DNA of 64,000 nucleotides. It comes from a virus. Lineage: Duplodnaviria; Heunggongvirae; Uroviricota; Caudoviricetes. This document shows, piece by piece, positions 19,422 through 28,402 of the stretch (within the stretch, counting starts at the first letter, position 1; every line of letters starts with the position of its first letter). A program made the position numbers and the translations under genes. The notes beneath the pieces are model-generated. The model saw only the letters and a list, made by a program, of their open reading frames with translations. It made no database searches and was not told the DNA's origin. Location of the stretch: positions 1 to 64,000 of the IMG/VR virus record IMGVR_UViG_3300010413_000002. One strand, given 5' to 3'.

Positions 19422-19861
19422 TTTCAAAAGAACAAAGAAAAATATCAGAAGAATATATAAAAAGATTAAGAAAAAATAGTGAATTCTTAACTAAATTGCA
19501 TTCTAAATACAAAGAAGAAATTAATTATTGCAAAATAATAAACGAAGCAAAAGAAAAAATGAAAAATAATTATTTAAAAGTATTAGATTATAGCAAGATT
19601 ATAACAGTAGATTTATCACAAACTCTTGATATATTTTTAGCGACTTCTGAAGATTTAAAAGGATTATATGTTTGCGATAGAGATATTGTAGAATTATTTA
19701 AAGAAATTCCAAATGTAATAAAAGTCATTTATAAAGCTTCTAAAGGTATGGATGTTAAAGTTCAACAAGCTCCATTTGATATTGGAAGAAATAGAGTTGA
19801 AGGAATTAATAATATCAAATATATAGTTAAAGAGATAAATAACAAAGATATTAAGGAGTAG
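19418..19861 (+). CDS. Hypothetical protein; paralog of 20490-20816.
   Basis: Shares FLATSEDLKGL..RDI...KEIPNVIK.IYKA with 20490-20816. Confidence 0.5.
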   Translation: MISKEQRKISEEYIKRLRKNSEFLTKLHSKYKEEINYCKIINEAKEKMKNNYLKVLDYSKIITVDLSQTLDIFLATSEDLKGLYVCDRDIVELFKEIPNVIKVIYKASKGMDVKVQQAPFDIGRNRVEGINNIKYIVKEINNKDIKE

Positions 19862-20137
19862 AAATGAAAATCTATAGAGTTGGATATAATTCTTTTTACA
19901 AAGAACAAGAAGTACAGACATATTTAGGTTATTATAAAGAAAAAAATGTAAACATAAATTAATTTGTTCTATTAATAAAAAAAAGGATGGAAATTACAAT
20001 GCTTGAGTTAGATGAAATAATTTATACTGTTAAAGATATAAAAACTGGTATTGTTGGAGTTTCTTATATTAGTGAAAAATTAGCTAAAATTGATTTATTG
20101 AGAAAATTAAAATTATTAAAACTAATATAGCGATAAT

Positions 20138-20506
20138 ATGATTAGAAAAGAAATACAAAAAATAATTGATAATATTTATAAATTTGAAATAATAGATAAA
20201 AACTTATCATTTGGAATTGATTTGGAATTTATTAATGATAGTGAGAACAAAGAACGATTATTGATAAAATTTGAAAATTTAGGTTTATTTGATAGAAGAA
20301 TAAAAATATTATTTTGGAAAGAAAAAGAATTTAGTTATTATCCTAGAGAAAGTTTAAAAATAATAAAACCATTAAGAGAAGAAAAAAGAATATTGTTTAA
20401 AGTTATTTCAAAAATTTTGAAACAATTTAATAAAGAAAAAAAAGAAAGAGAAATTCTTTTAGAAAGCGAGTGTTTAAATATTTTTAGATTTGAAAAGAAG
20501 AAATAA
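20138..20506 (+). CDS. Hypothetical protein.
   Basis: 122-aa ORF. Confidence 0.45.
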   Translation: MIRKEIQKIIDNIYKFEIIDKNLSFGIDLEFINDSENKERLLIKFENLGLFDRRIKILFWKEKEFSYYPRESLKIIKPLREEKRILFKVISKILKQFNKEKKEREILLESECLNIFRFEKKK

Positions 20507-20816
20507 AAAAAGAATGAAAGAAACAATTACATTGAAAAATTTAGAAAAAAAAATATCATATAATAAATCAGAAATAGTAAAAGTTAATTTATTTAGAGTG
20601 TTTGATACTTTTTTTGCTACTTCAGAACAATTAAAGGGATTAAATGTGGCACATCGTGATATATTTATTTTTATAAAGGAAATACCAAACGTAATAAAAA
20701 ATATTTATAAAGCTAAATATAATAAAGATTTTATAGTAAAACAACTTTTAAATGACGATATTGGAGATAAAAAATTAGATGGTATTTTTAGTATAAAATA
20801 TATAATAACAGAATAA
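20490..20816 (+). CDS. Hypothetical protein; paralog of 19418-19861.
   Basis: FFATSEQLKGLNVAHRDIFIFIKEIPNVIKNIYKA. Confidence 0.5.
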   Translation: MKRRNKKRMKETITLKNLEKKISYNKSEIVKVNLFRVFDTFFATSEQLKGLNVAHRDIFIFIKEIPNVIKNIYKAKYNKDFIVKQLLNDDIGDKKLDGIFSIKYIITE

Positions 20817-20825
20817 AATACGCTA

Positions 20826-21122
20826 ATGTTTTTTTATAAAATTTGTTTTAGATTGAAATACGGATTTAATTATAATGATAGTTTTCTTTTAGATCACGCT
20901 TTTATTAATTGGGCAAATAAAGTAGTAAAGTACTATTTAATTAATAAGATTAAAATAAAAGATATAAAAGATGAAGACGTAAAAGATTATCAAGAGATGT
21001 TAGATTTAATTGATAACTTATATGAAAACTATACTCAATCTAATGAAACTATGGTAAAGAAGTATAAGAAGTTTTGCAAGCTTTTCACAAAGCATTCGAT
21101 AGGACTATGGGTAAACTTATAG
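20826..21122 (+). CDS. Hypothetical protein.
   Basis: 98-aa ORF. Confidence 0.4.
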   Translation: MFFYKICFRLKYGFNYNDSFLLDHAFINWANKVVKYYLINKIKIKDIKDEDVKDYQEMLDLIDNLYENYTQSNETMVKKYKKFCKLFTKHSIGLWVNL

Positions 21123-21793
21123 CATTTAATCCAAATGATATTGTTGGAAAGAAAATTAATAATTTAACTATACTAAAATATATAGGAAAACAACCTTCTA
21201 AAAAATATTATTTTGCTGATTGGGACGGACATAGACTTTATCATAAATACAAAGTAAAGTGTGATTGCGGAGAACTTAGTATCGTAAGAAGACAAACATT
21301 AATTAAAAAAAATGCTGTTAATAGTTGTATTCATTGTAAATGCAAGAATTATAATTCTAAAATGCCAAAAACTTATAAAGTTTGGTCTTCTTTAAAAGAG
21401 AAAACTAATTCTAAAAAAAATAACTATTGTACTATTAACGGTATCAAAGTTTGTAATAGATGGTTAAAATTTGAAAATTTTCTTGAAGATATGGGAGAAA
21501 AACCAGAATATAAAATTCTTTTAAGAATTGATAAAAAAAAGAACTTTTGTAAATCTAATTGCAAATGGGGAACTTATAAAGATTCTGTTAAAAGACAATC
21601 AAATACAAATTTAGTTTCAATTAATGGAATAACGAAAAGTTTAAAGGGATGGTTTAGATATTTCAAATTCACAGAAAATCAATATGACTATTATATAGAC
21701 AAAAGAACTAAAAAAAAATCTTTAAAAAAATTTTTAAAATTAAAAGATACGGATACTGTAATTGAGCATTATAAAATAAAAGCTAAAACTTAA
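21107..21793 (+). CDS. HNH-family endonuclease (phage free-standing / homing endonuclease type).
   Basis: KVWSSLKEKT...NGIKVCNRWLKFENFLEDMGEKPE...LRIDKKKNFCKSNCKWGT matches the actinophage HNH consensus (YxxWxxM...GGRGIxVCxxWxxFxxFxxDMGxxP...LDRID...NCRWAT). Internal start chosen at 21107. Confidence 0.5.
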   Translation: MGKLIAFNPNDIVGKKINNLTILKYIGKQPSKKYYFADWDGHRLYHKYKVKCDCGELSIVRRQTLIKKNAVNSCIHCKCKNYNSKMPKTYKVWSSLKEKTNSKKNNYCTINGIKVCNRWLKFENFLEDMGEKPEYKILLRIDKKKNFCKSNCKWGTYKDSVKRQSNTNLVSINGITKSLKGWFRYFKFTENQYDYYIDKRTKKKSLKKFLKLKDTDTVIEHYKIKAKT

Positions 21794-21795
21794 AA

Positions 21796-22296
21796 ATGGA
21801 TAATCTTTTAGATCAATTAATACAAAAATGGGCTTGTCGACACAGAAGTCAAGCTTCTGGAAAGAAAGCTCAATGCGGACATCATATTATTACAAGAGCT
21901 AATCTTCTAACCCGTTGGGATATTAGAAATATAATGCCATTAACATTTCGAGAGCATTACGATATTCATAGTAATGGATTAGATTATAGAACTCCAACTC
22001 AAAAAGAATATTGTTTAAAGTTTGCCAATTCCTCTTTAGTTGATTATTTAGTTAAAAACCAATTAACTGAACAAGAATTCAAAGAACAAAAATTAGAAGA
22101 ATTATGCAAAGAGCTAAACATTTCAAATCCAAAAGAATATGCTATTAAAGAAATAACAAAAAATACTAAAAAGAAACTTGCTCAGACAGAATATAAAAAG
22201 AAAGCTCAAAATAAAGCACAAGAGCTTTGGCGTAAAAGACAAAAAGAATTCTATCAAAAGAAGAAAGCCTATCTAAAAAAAATCAAAAAAAGTTGA
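21796..22296 (+). CDS. HNH endonuclease.
   Basis: QCGHHIITRANLLTRWDIRNIMPLTFREHYDIH carries the H-H-N...H HNH core. Confidence 0.65.
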   Translation: MDNLLDQLIQKWACRHRSQASGKKAQCGHHIITRANLLTRWDIRNIMPLTFREHYDIHSNGLDYRTPTQKEYCLKFANSSLVDYLVKNQLTEQEFKEQKLEELCKELNISNPKEYAIKEITKNTKKKLAQTEYKKKAQNKAQELWRKRQKEFYQKKKAYLKKIKKS

Positions 22297-22343
22297 AATT
22301 TTCTTGACTATTTGCAAAATAAAATTATAGTTATAAAAAATAA

Positions 22344-22877
22344 TTGAATTGCAAGATGAAACTTAAAATAAGGGAATTTGTAAAAACAATAGGGGGAAAT
22401 GCAAATAAATTTGAAATCGATGGAAGTTTTATAAAATATAAAAGTTTACGTATATATATAACTACTCAACTAGAAATAGATACTCAAATTGACAAAAAGA
22501 TAAGTGGCTACCAAGAAGTACCTCGTTATAGATCTTTTTATCTTAACGAAGAAGAACACAAATTTTTAAGTGAAAAATTTAAGTTAAAAGTACAAGAAAT
22601 GGAAAAAATAAGAAAAGAAGAAGTAAAAAAGTCAGAACAAGAAATAATAGATTTATTTGAACAAAGGAGAAATATGAAAGTAGATTTTGAAAGAATGAAA
22701 AGTAATTTATCTTACTCATTAGATAAAACAAATGACATAACAGATAAAGCTTACGACGAAAATCTTAACGGATTTAATATTGATTTATTAAACGAAAAAG
22801 AAATTAAATCGTTAGCACAAGAGTATTTAGCTATTTATGAACTTTTATCAATGATAACGTGTTTGGAGGAGAAATGA
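22344..22877 (+). CDS. Hypothetical protein.
   Basis: 177-aa ORF. Confidence 0.45.
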   Translation: MNCKMKLKIREFVKTIGGNANKFEIDGSFIKYKSLRIYITTQLEIDTQIDKKISGYQEVPRYRSFYLNEEEHKFLSEKFKLKVQEMEKIRKEEVKKSEQEIIDLFEQRRNMKVDFERMKSNLSYSLDKTNDITDKAYDENLNGFNIDLLNEKEIKSLAQEYLAIYELLSMITCLEEK

Positions 22878-23362
22878 CAGTTATTACATATAAAAATGGA
22901 ATTTTGGCTTCTGATACGTTGGCAACAAATAATTCATATGATCATTCATTAAAACAACAAAAAATTTATATTGTTAAAAATGAAGTTTATGCTTTTACAG
23001 GAACAGTAAATAGAATGAATGAATATTTAGATTTTATAAAAGGAAAAATAAAAATTCTTACTTCTTGGGAGAAGAATGATATTGAAGGTATATGTATAAA
23101 TTTAAAAACTAAAAAAAAGTATCAGTTTCAAATTTGCGGAAATTATGTTTCTAAAATTGAATTTATAGATGATTTTGTTGCTTTTGGTTGGGGTAGACAA
23201 TATGCAAAAGGAGCTATGGAAATGGGAGCTGATGCTATAACAGCGATAGAAGTTGCTTGTAAATATACGATTTGTCAGTCTCCAATATATTATATTGATA
23301 TAAATGAAGAAAAACCAACAATTAAATTATACAAAAATGATAGATACAAGAGAAATTACTAG
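22874..23362 (+). CDS. HslV / proteasome-beta-like Ntn hydrolase (putative peptidase).
   Basis: RBS GGAGGAGAA then MTVITYKNGILASDTLAT (compare proteasome/HslV T-T-I-V-x-V-x-x-x-G-V-V-L-A-A-D-T-R-A-T). FGWGRQYAKGAMEMGADAITAIE resembles the GSGxxYAxxAxxA motif. Size about 163 aa. Confidence 0.5.
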   Translation: MTVITYKNGILASDTLATNNSYDHSLKQQKIYIVKNEVYAFTGTVNRMNEYLDFIKGKIKILTSWEKNDIEGICINLKTKKKYQFQICGNYVSKIEFIDDFVAFGWGRQYAKGAMEMGADAITAIEVACKYTICQSPIYYIDINEEKPTIKLYKNDRYKRNY

Positions 23363-23499
23363 GCTTGAGGTTATAGATCATAGAAAAAACGCCAAAGAAC
23401 AAGGAAGAGTTTATGTGGTTAAAGATGTAAAAATTACTTTTTCATTACAAGACAAAGATTTAACTTTAAAAATTTTTATTAATAACAGGGAAGAAAAAA

Positions 23500-24456
23500 A
23501 TGGAAAATAAAATAAAAGAACTAAAAAAGTTTTTAGATTTGGTAAATATAGTAAGACCAAAAAAAAATTTAGCAGTACCACAAGTAAATTTAGCCAAATA
23601 TCACAAAGGAAAATTAATTTATAATAATTTAGATTGTCAAATAGAATATAAATTAGAAGAAAAACTCTTTAAAAAAGATTGTTTAATAAATTTAAGTTAT
23701 TTATCTTTTTATTTAAAGAATTATCTTTTTTTAGATATTGATAATATTAAACAAGATGAAGCATTTTTCTTAAAATATAAAAGCTATTTTACATTTAAAA
23801 AATATAAAGAGAAAAATAGCTATGAAATAGAAGACTTACAAAGTATTATAAAATATACAATACCGTTTATTTCAAAAGATAAATCTAGGTATTATTTAAC
23901 TGGAATTTATTTCGATAAAAACAATTTAGTGGCTACAAATGGACACATCTTAATAAAATATCAATCTGATTGCAAATTTAATGATTCTTTTATTTTATCT
24001 ACTGAAATATGTAAAATTTTAACCAATCTAAAAGACGATATAAGTTTTTATTATAATAAAGATACTGTTTGTCAAAAAGTTATGTTTAAAAACGATAAAG
24101 TAAAAATTATTTCTAAGATAATAGATGGGGAATATCCAAATTATAATAATGTAATAAAACCTTGTTTGGAATATAAAAAGAAGTTATTTATTGAAGTTGA
24201 TGATTATAAGTTTATGAATTTAATGTCCATGATTAATTTTAATAAAAATAGTATAAAAATCAAAGGTAAAGAGTATATATTTAAAATTAATCATAAAATG
24301 AAAGGTTTGTTTAATGGAAAATATATAAAAAATATAATTGATATAGCTAAAAAATATAAGTATAAAGAAGTAAATTTTGCTTCTAACCAAGAATATCATC
24401 CTTTATTAGCAAAGGTAGATAATTGTACTTTATTGATAATGCCATTAAGAAACTAA
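23500..24456 (+). CDS. DNA polymerase sliding clamp (DnaN-like, short phage form).
   Basis: RYYLTGIYFDKNNLVATNGHILIKY matches the DnaN motif RYxLNGVLxE...LVATDGHRLA. Confidence 0.6.
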   Translation: MENKIKELKKFLDLVNIVRPKKNLAVPQVNLAKYHKGKLIYNNLDCQIEYKLEEKLFKKDCLINLSYLSFYLKNYLFLDIDNIKQDEAFFLKYKSYFTFKKYKEKNSYEIEDLQSIIKYTIPFISKDKSRYYLTGIYFDKNNLVATNGHILIKYQSDCKFNDSFILSTEICKILTNLKDDISFYYNKDTVCQKVMFKNDKVKIISKIIDGEYPNYNNVIKPCLEYKKKLFIEVDDYKFMNLMSMINFNKNSIKIKGKEYIFKINHKMKGLFNGKYIKNIIDIAKKYKYKEVNFASNQEYHPLLAKVDNCTLLIMPLRN

Positions 24457-24464
24457 AGGAGAAT

Positions 24465-24878
24465 ATGTTTAGTTTTAAAAAAAAGGAAGAAATTAAGGAA
24501 AGCAAAGCTGAAGAAGTTAAGCAAGAAGAAATTGCCTTAGATATTAGAGAAGAAATAAAAAAAATTGGAAATAATGTAGATAAGTTTATATTTAAGCGAA
24601 AACTTAATTCTTTTGGTCGTTCAGATTATGAATTTGAATATAAAAATTTATCTATTAGCTATTATCTTGATATTTTGTCAATATCAAAAATTTATTTAAT
24701 TAATAAAAATTGGAAAAAGGAAAAAAAATTATATCTATATCCATTACAGTTATCAAAAAAAGAAGAAGAATTTTTAGATGAGAAATTTTTAGAAAGAGCT
24801 AAACAAGAGAAAAAAAAAGAAGAAACAAGATTATTAGAAGAAGAAACTAAACTATTAAGAAAAGTTAAATTTGATTAA
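24465..24878 (+). CDS. Hypothetical charged coiled-coil protein.
   Basis: RBS AAGGAGAAT before the ATG at 24465. Confidence 0.45.
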   Translation: MFSFKKKEEIKESKAEEVKQEEIALDIREEIKKIGNNVDKFIFKRKLNSFGRSDYEFEYKNLSISYYLDILSISKIYLINKNWKKEKKLYLYPLQLSKKEEEFLDEKFLERAKQEKKKEETRLLEEETKLLRKVKFD

Positions 24879-26758
24879 TGATAATTTTTCGAAAATACCA
24901 ACAAAAATGTATAAATAAAGCAACAAGAGCTTTAATAGAGAGAGGAAATACAATAGGAGTAGCACCCACTGGAGCTGGAAAGACAATAATTATGTCTGGA
25001 ATAGTAAACAATCTCTTGATATTAAAAAAAGTTTCTAAAGTTTTATTTTTATGTCATAGACAAGAAATTAATCAGCAAAATTTTGAAAAGTTTATTAGAG
25101 TAACAGGTGTAACACCAACTCTTTTTATAAGTGCGTTTAAAAGCATCAAAAGAAAGATTGTTTTTGGAATGGTGCAAACGGTTTATAGGTCTTACGATAA
25201 ACTTCCAGCTTTTGATATGATAGTTGTAGACGAAGGACATCATTCTTGTGCAGAAAGTTATGATACAATAATTGAAGACCAAAAAAGAAAAAATCCTAAT
25301 TTAATAGTTCTTTTAATTACTGCAACGCCAAACAGGGGAGATAGACAAGGATTAATAAAGTATGTAGATAATGTTGCATTTCAAGTTTTTATTAAAGATT
25401 TAATAAAACAAGGCTTTTTGGTTAAACCAACGCCAATTTCAATTCCTCTTAATACCTTTGAAAATCGACATCATTTAGCAAAAGAAGAGAATTATGATTT
25501 TGTAAATCGAATTCTTTATAAGAAAATGCAAAAACATGAAGTTTTTAAGAGAAAGACTATAATATTCTGTAGAGATTTTAATCAAGTTGATAGCGTTAAA
25601 GACTATTTAGAAAAGATAGGAATAGAAACCGTTACAATTAGTTCAGAATTAAATGCTTATGATAGAAGCGAAAATCTTAGAAAGTTTGAAGAAAATGAAG
25701 TTGATATTATTTTAAATGTAGATGTATTAACGGAAGGTTATGATTATCCTCCTGCTGATTGTATAATCGTTTTACGAGCTGTAGGAAACAAGTCTTTGTA
25801 TATGCAAATGGTAGGAAGAGGTCTTAGAACTGTAGATCCAATAGAATATCCTAATGTATTTAAAAAAGATTGTCTATTATTAGATTTCGCTAGGAATCTT
25901 GAAGTTTATACTGATTTGGAACAAGAAGTTGATTTAATAGGACTCCAAAAAGAAGGTATGAATATAATGGATATTTTCAATGAGCCTCAAGAAAAAACTG
26001 AAATAACTTTAAAAGAAGTAGAAAAATCAATGCTTTTTAGCGAAGAAAGAAGAAATCTTTTTGAAAAATATAATGTCTTTTGGGAGTTTTTTGATAGTGA
26101 TATGGGATTTGTAAGTGGTTGTTGTGGTTATAAAAGTTCAATTTTTGTTGTAAATAATAATATATTTTACCAAGAAGACAAAAGAGAAAATAGCCGATTT
26201 CTTCTTATAAAAGATACGATTAATCTTGACAAATTAATTAATGATTGTATGATGGGAGAAGAAGAAAACAAAAAAAGAATAAATGAGCCAATAAATAAAG
26301 CTCAAATTAATATTCTTTTTGGAAAGTACAATATTGCAAGTTGCTCTAGCTATAGAGCGTCAGTGATGATAAATTTTGAGTTTAATAAGAAACAATTTGT
26401 TGAATTATTAAAAGGAATACAAATGAAATATAATTGGAGTAAAGAAAAAGCTACAAAATATTTAACTGATAATGAAATAACTTATAATGAATTAAAGAAT
26501 ATTTTAGATTCTGCTGAAGAAATATTTAAAAATTCAGATGAAAAAAGTTTCGTTAATAAAAATGCTCCTATAACATACTCTCTTAATTGTTTTAAAGGTT
26601 GGTTAAAAGAAAAATTAGAAGTTTGTAAGTTTTCTGATAAAATAAAAAAAACAAGTAACAATTATGGTAAAACCATAGCAAGTTCTGATTTTATAGTTTG
26701 TAGAAATATACTTTGGGAATTTGGAAAATTAATAAAAAAGGATAAAAATGATAATTAA
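24878..26758 (+). CDS. Superfamily-2 DExH-box helicase.
   Basis: Motif I VAPTGAGKT, motif II IVVDEGHHS, motif III ITATPNR, motif VI QMVGRGLR. Confidence 0.8.
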   Translation: MIIFRKYQQKCINKATRALIERGNTIGVAPTGAGKTIIMSGIVNNLLILKKVSKVLFLCHRQEINQQNFEKFIRVTGVTPTLFISAFKSIKRKIVFGMVQTVYRSYDKLPAFDMIVVDEGHHSCAESYDTIIEDQKRKNPNLIVLLITATPNRGDRQGLIKYVDNVAFQVFIKDLIKQGFLVKPTPISIPLNTFENRHHLAKEENYDFVNRILYKKMQKHEVFKRKTIIFCRDFNQVDSVKDYLEKIGIETVTISSELNAYDRSENLRKFEENEVDIILNVDVLTEGYDYPPADCIIVLRAVGNKSLYMQMVGRGLRTVDPIEYPNVFKKDCLLLDFARNLEVYTDLEQEVDLIGLQKEGMNIMDIFNEPQEKTEITLKEVEKSMLFSEERRNLFEKYNVFWEFFDSDMGFVSGCCGYKSSIFVVNNNIFYQEDKRENSRFLLIKDTINLDKLINDCMMGEEENKKRINEPINKAQINILFGKYNIASCSSYRASVMINFEFNKKQFVELLKGIQMKYNWSKEKATKYLTDNEITYNELKNILDSAEEIFKNSDEKSFVNKNAPITYSLNCFKGWLKEKLEVCKFSDKIKKTSNNYGKTIASSDFIVCRNILWEFGKLIKKDKNDN

Positions 26759-27218
26759 GACAAAAAAAGATTTTAAAGGAAAATGTATAGAATTACCAAA
26801 AAACTTAAGTGAGAAAATTTTTAATAAAATTAAAAATAAGTTTGATAAGCTTGCTTTACACTTTTCAAGTAATTATATATTTGGAGACCAAGAACACTGT
26901 CCATATATATGCTATTTATATGACGAAGCAAGTAATTATCTTAAAACTGATAATGTTCCTTATGGAGAAGAAATTTCAATAGAAGATTTTTTGAATGAAG
27001 AAGAAAATAGATGTTTGGTTGCTTATTCTTATTCAACTACTAGTATTAGTGGTTTCGGAAATATAGAAATGACACAAAATTCTAACGAACTTTATATAAA
27101 TAAAGAAACTATTGATCAATGGAGAGAAATTATTAAGGAAAAATTAAAAGAAAAGAATTTAGAAGTAGAAAAAGATAATATAATAATAATTAATCGAATG
27201 AAAATGGAAATAATTTGA
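26748..27218 (+). CDS. Hypothetical protein; paralog family member 2.
   Basis: MIIKTKKDFKGKCIELPKNLSEKIFNKIKNKFDKL...EISIEDFLNEEE. Overlaps the helicase stop. Confidence 0.55.
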   Translation: MIIKTKKDFKGKCIELPKNLSEKIFNKIKNKFDKLALHFSSNYIFGDQEHCPYICYLYDEASNYLKTDNVPYGEEISIEDFLNEEENRCLVAYSYSTTSISGFGNIEMTQNSNELYINKETIDQWREIIKEKLKEKNLEVEKDNIIIINRMKMEII

Positions 27219-27277
27219 TTGATATTTAAATAATGCTAATATTTTTTATTAAATAAAAGATTAAGAAAGGAGAATAA

Positions 27278-27580
27278 ATGTTTGGCGGAATGACTTGTAG
27301 TGAGCGTTGGCAATTAATGCAATTACAGTTTAAAGTAGGAGCAATGATTGCTCTTCAAGCAAATTTATATGACAAAATTTTGCCAAAAGAAAATCATTCT
27401 AAACTTTTAAAAGAAAGCACAAAAAGAATAGAGAAAATGGTTTTAAAAGAAAGAGAAGATATAAAAAATCTAAAAAAATTAGCAGAAGAAGAAAGAGAAA
27501 GTAATGAGGATTTTTTTAAAGTTTTTGGTTTGGATAAAAATGGAAAAAAGATTAAGAAAAATAAGGAGGAAAATGTTTAA
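27278..27580 (+). CDS. Hypothetical protein.
   Basis: 100-aa ORF with RBS AAGGAG. Confidence 0.45.
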   Translation: MFGGMTCSERWQLMQLQFKVGAMIALQANLYDKILPKENHSKLLKESTKRIEKMVLKEREDIKNLKKLAEEERESNEDFFKVFGLDKNGKKIKKNKEENV

Positions 27581-27974
27581 AATTTTTTTAAGAAAAAAGT
27601 CGCTTTCTTTACCACCTCCGCCATCAATGCCTAAAGCAAAAGAAGAAATAAGGCATGATTGTGAAAAAGATGGGCATTTATATGAAATTCTTGAAAAAGT
27701 TTACTATATTGATGATGCAACTACTGAAGTTCCAAAGCCAACTAGAACAGGACGTTTTTATTTAGAATGCTCTAATTGTAAAAAAAGATTAAAGTTAGAA
27801 GGAACTTGGATTTGTGTAGATTATCTTTGGGAAAACAATATAATAAGTAATGAAAATTGGAGAGAATTAAGAAAAAAAATTAGCGATTATTTAGATGAAA
27901 AATGGAATGATTATAAAAAATCTTTAAAAAAACCTAAAAGAGGTAGACCAAAAAAGAAAAAAGGAGACAAATGA
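27573..27974 (+). CDS. Hypothetical Cys-containing protein with an AT-hook-like basic tail.
   Basis: RBS AAGGAGGAAA then ATG at 27573. C..H / CSNC..C pairs. KRGRPKKKKG tail. Confidence 0.45.
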   Translation: MFKIFLRKKSLSLPPPPSMPKAKEEIRHDCEKDGHLYEILEKVYYIDDATTEVPKPTRTGRFYLECSNCKKRLKLEGTWICVDYLWENNIISNENWRELRKKISDYLDEKWNDYKKSLKKPKRGRPKKKKGDK

Positions 27975-28402
27975 AAGATTTTAAGTTGTGTTATATTGAA
28001 GGAAATTTTGCTTATTTTACTACGCAAGATTTAGATAAGCAAACTGGAGATGATTGGAACGATGCTCCTTATGATCTCAATGCTGGAGAACCATATACTC
28101 CAACTATTTATTATCCCTCTGGAAAAAAAGATCCTAGAGATTGGACAAATGGAAAACCAAATTGGGAAATTAAAAAATTAGTTTGGGAAGGAGATTTTGA
28201 CGAAGCGAAAAATATTTATATGGAAGATATAAATTGTATTTATTGTGTAGATGATATAAATAACAAAAAAGTTCCTTGGTTAGAATATCAAGGATATTCT
28301 AATGAAGATCTTGAGATTAAAATATGGGCAGGATGTTCAATTAAAGAGTTTAAAAAATTAATTAAAAAAGGCGGTGGAAAAATTTATGTGGAGGAAAAAT
28401 GA
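27971..28402 (+). CDS. Hypothetical protein.
   Basis: 143-aa ORF. Confidence 0.45.
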   Translation: MKDFKLCYIEGNFAYFTTQDLDKQTGDDWNDAPYDLNAGEPYTPTIYYPSGKKDPRDWTNGKPNWEIKKLVWEGDFDEAKNIYMEDINCIYCVDDINNKKVPWLEYQGYSNEDLEIKIWAGCSIKEFKKLIKKGGGKIYVEEK

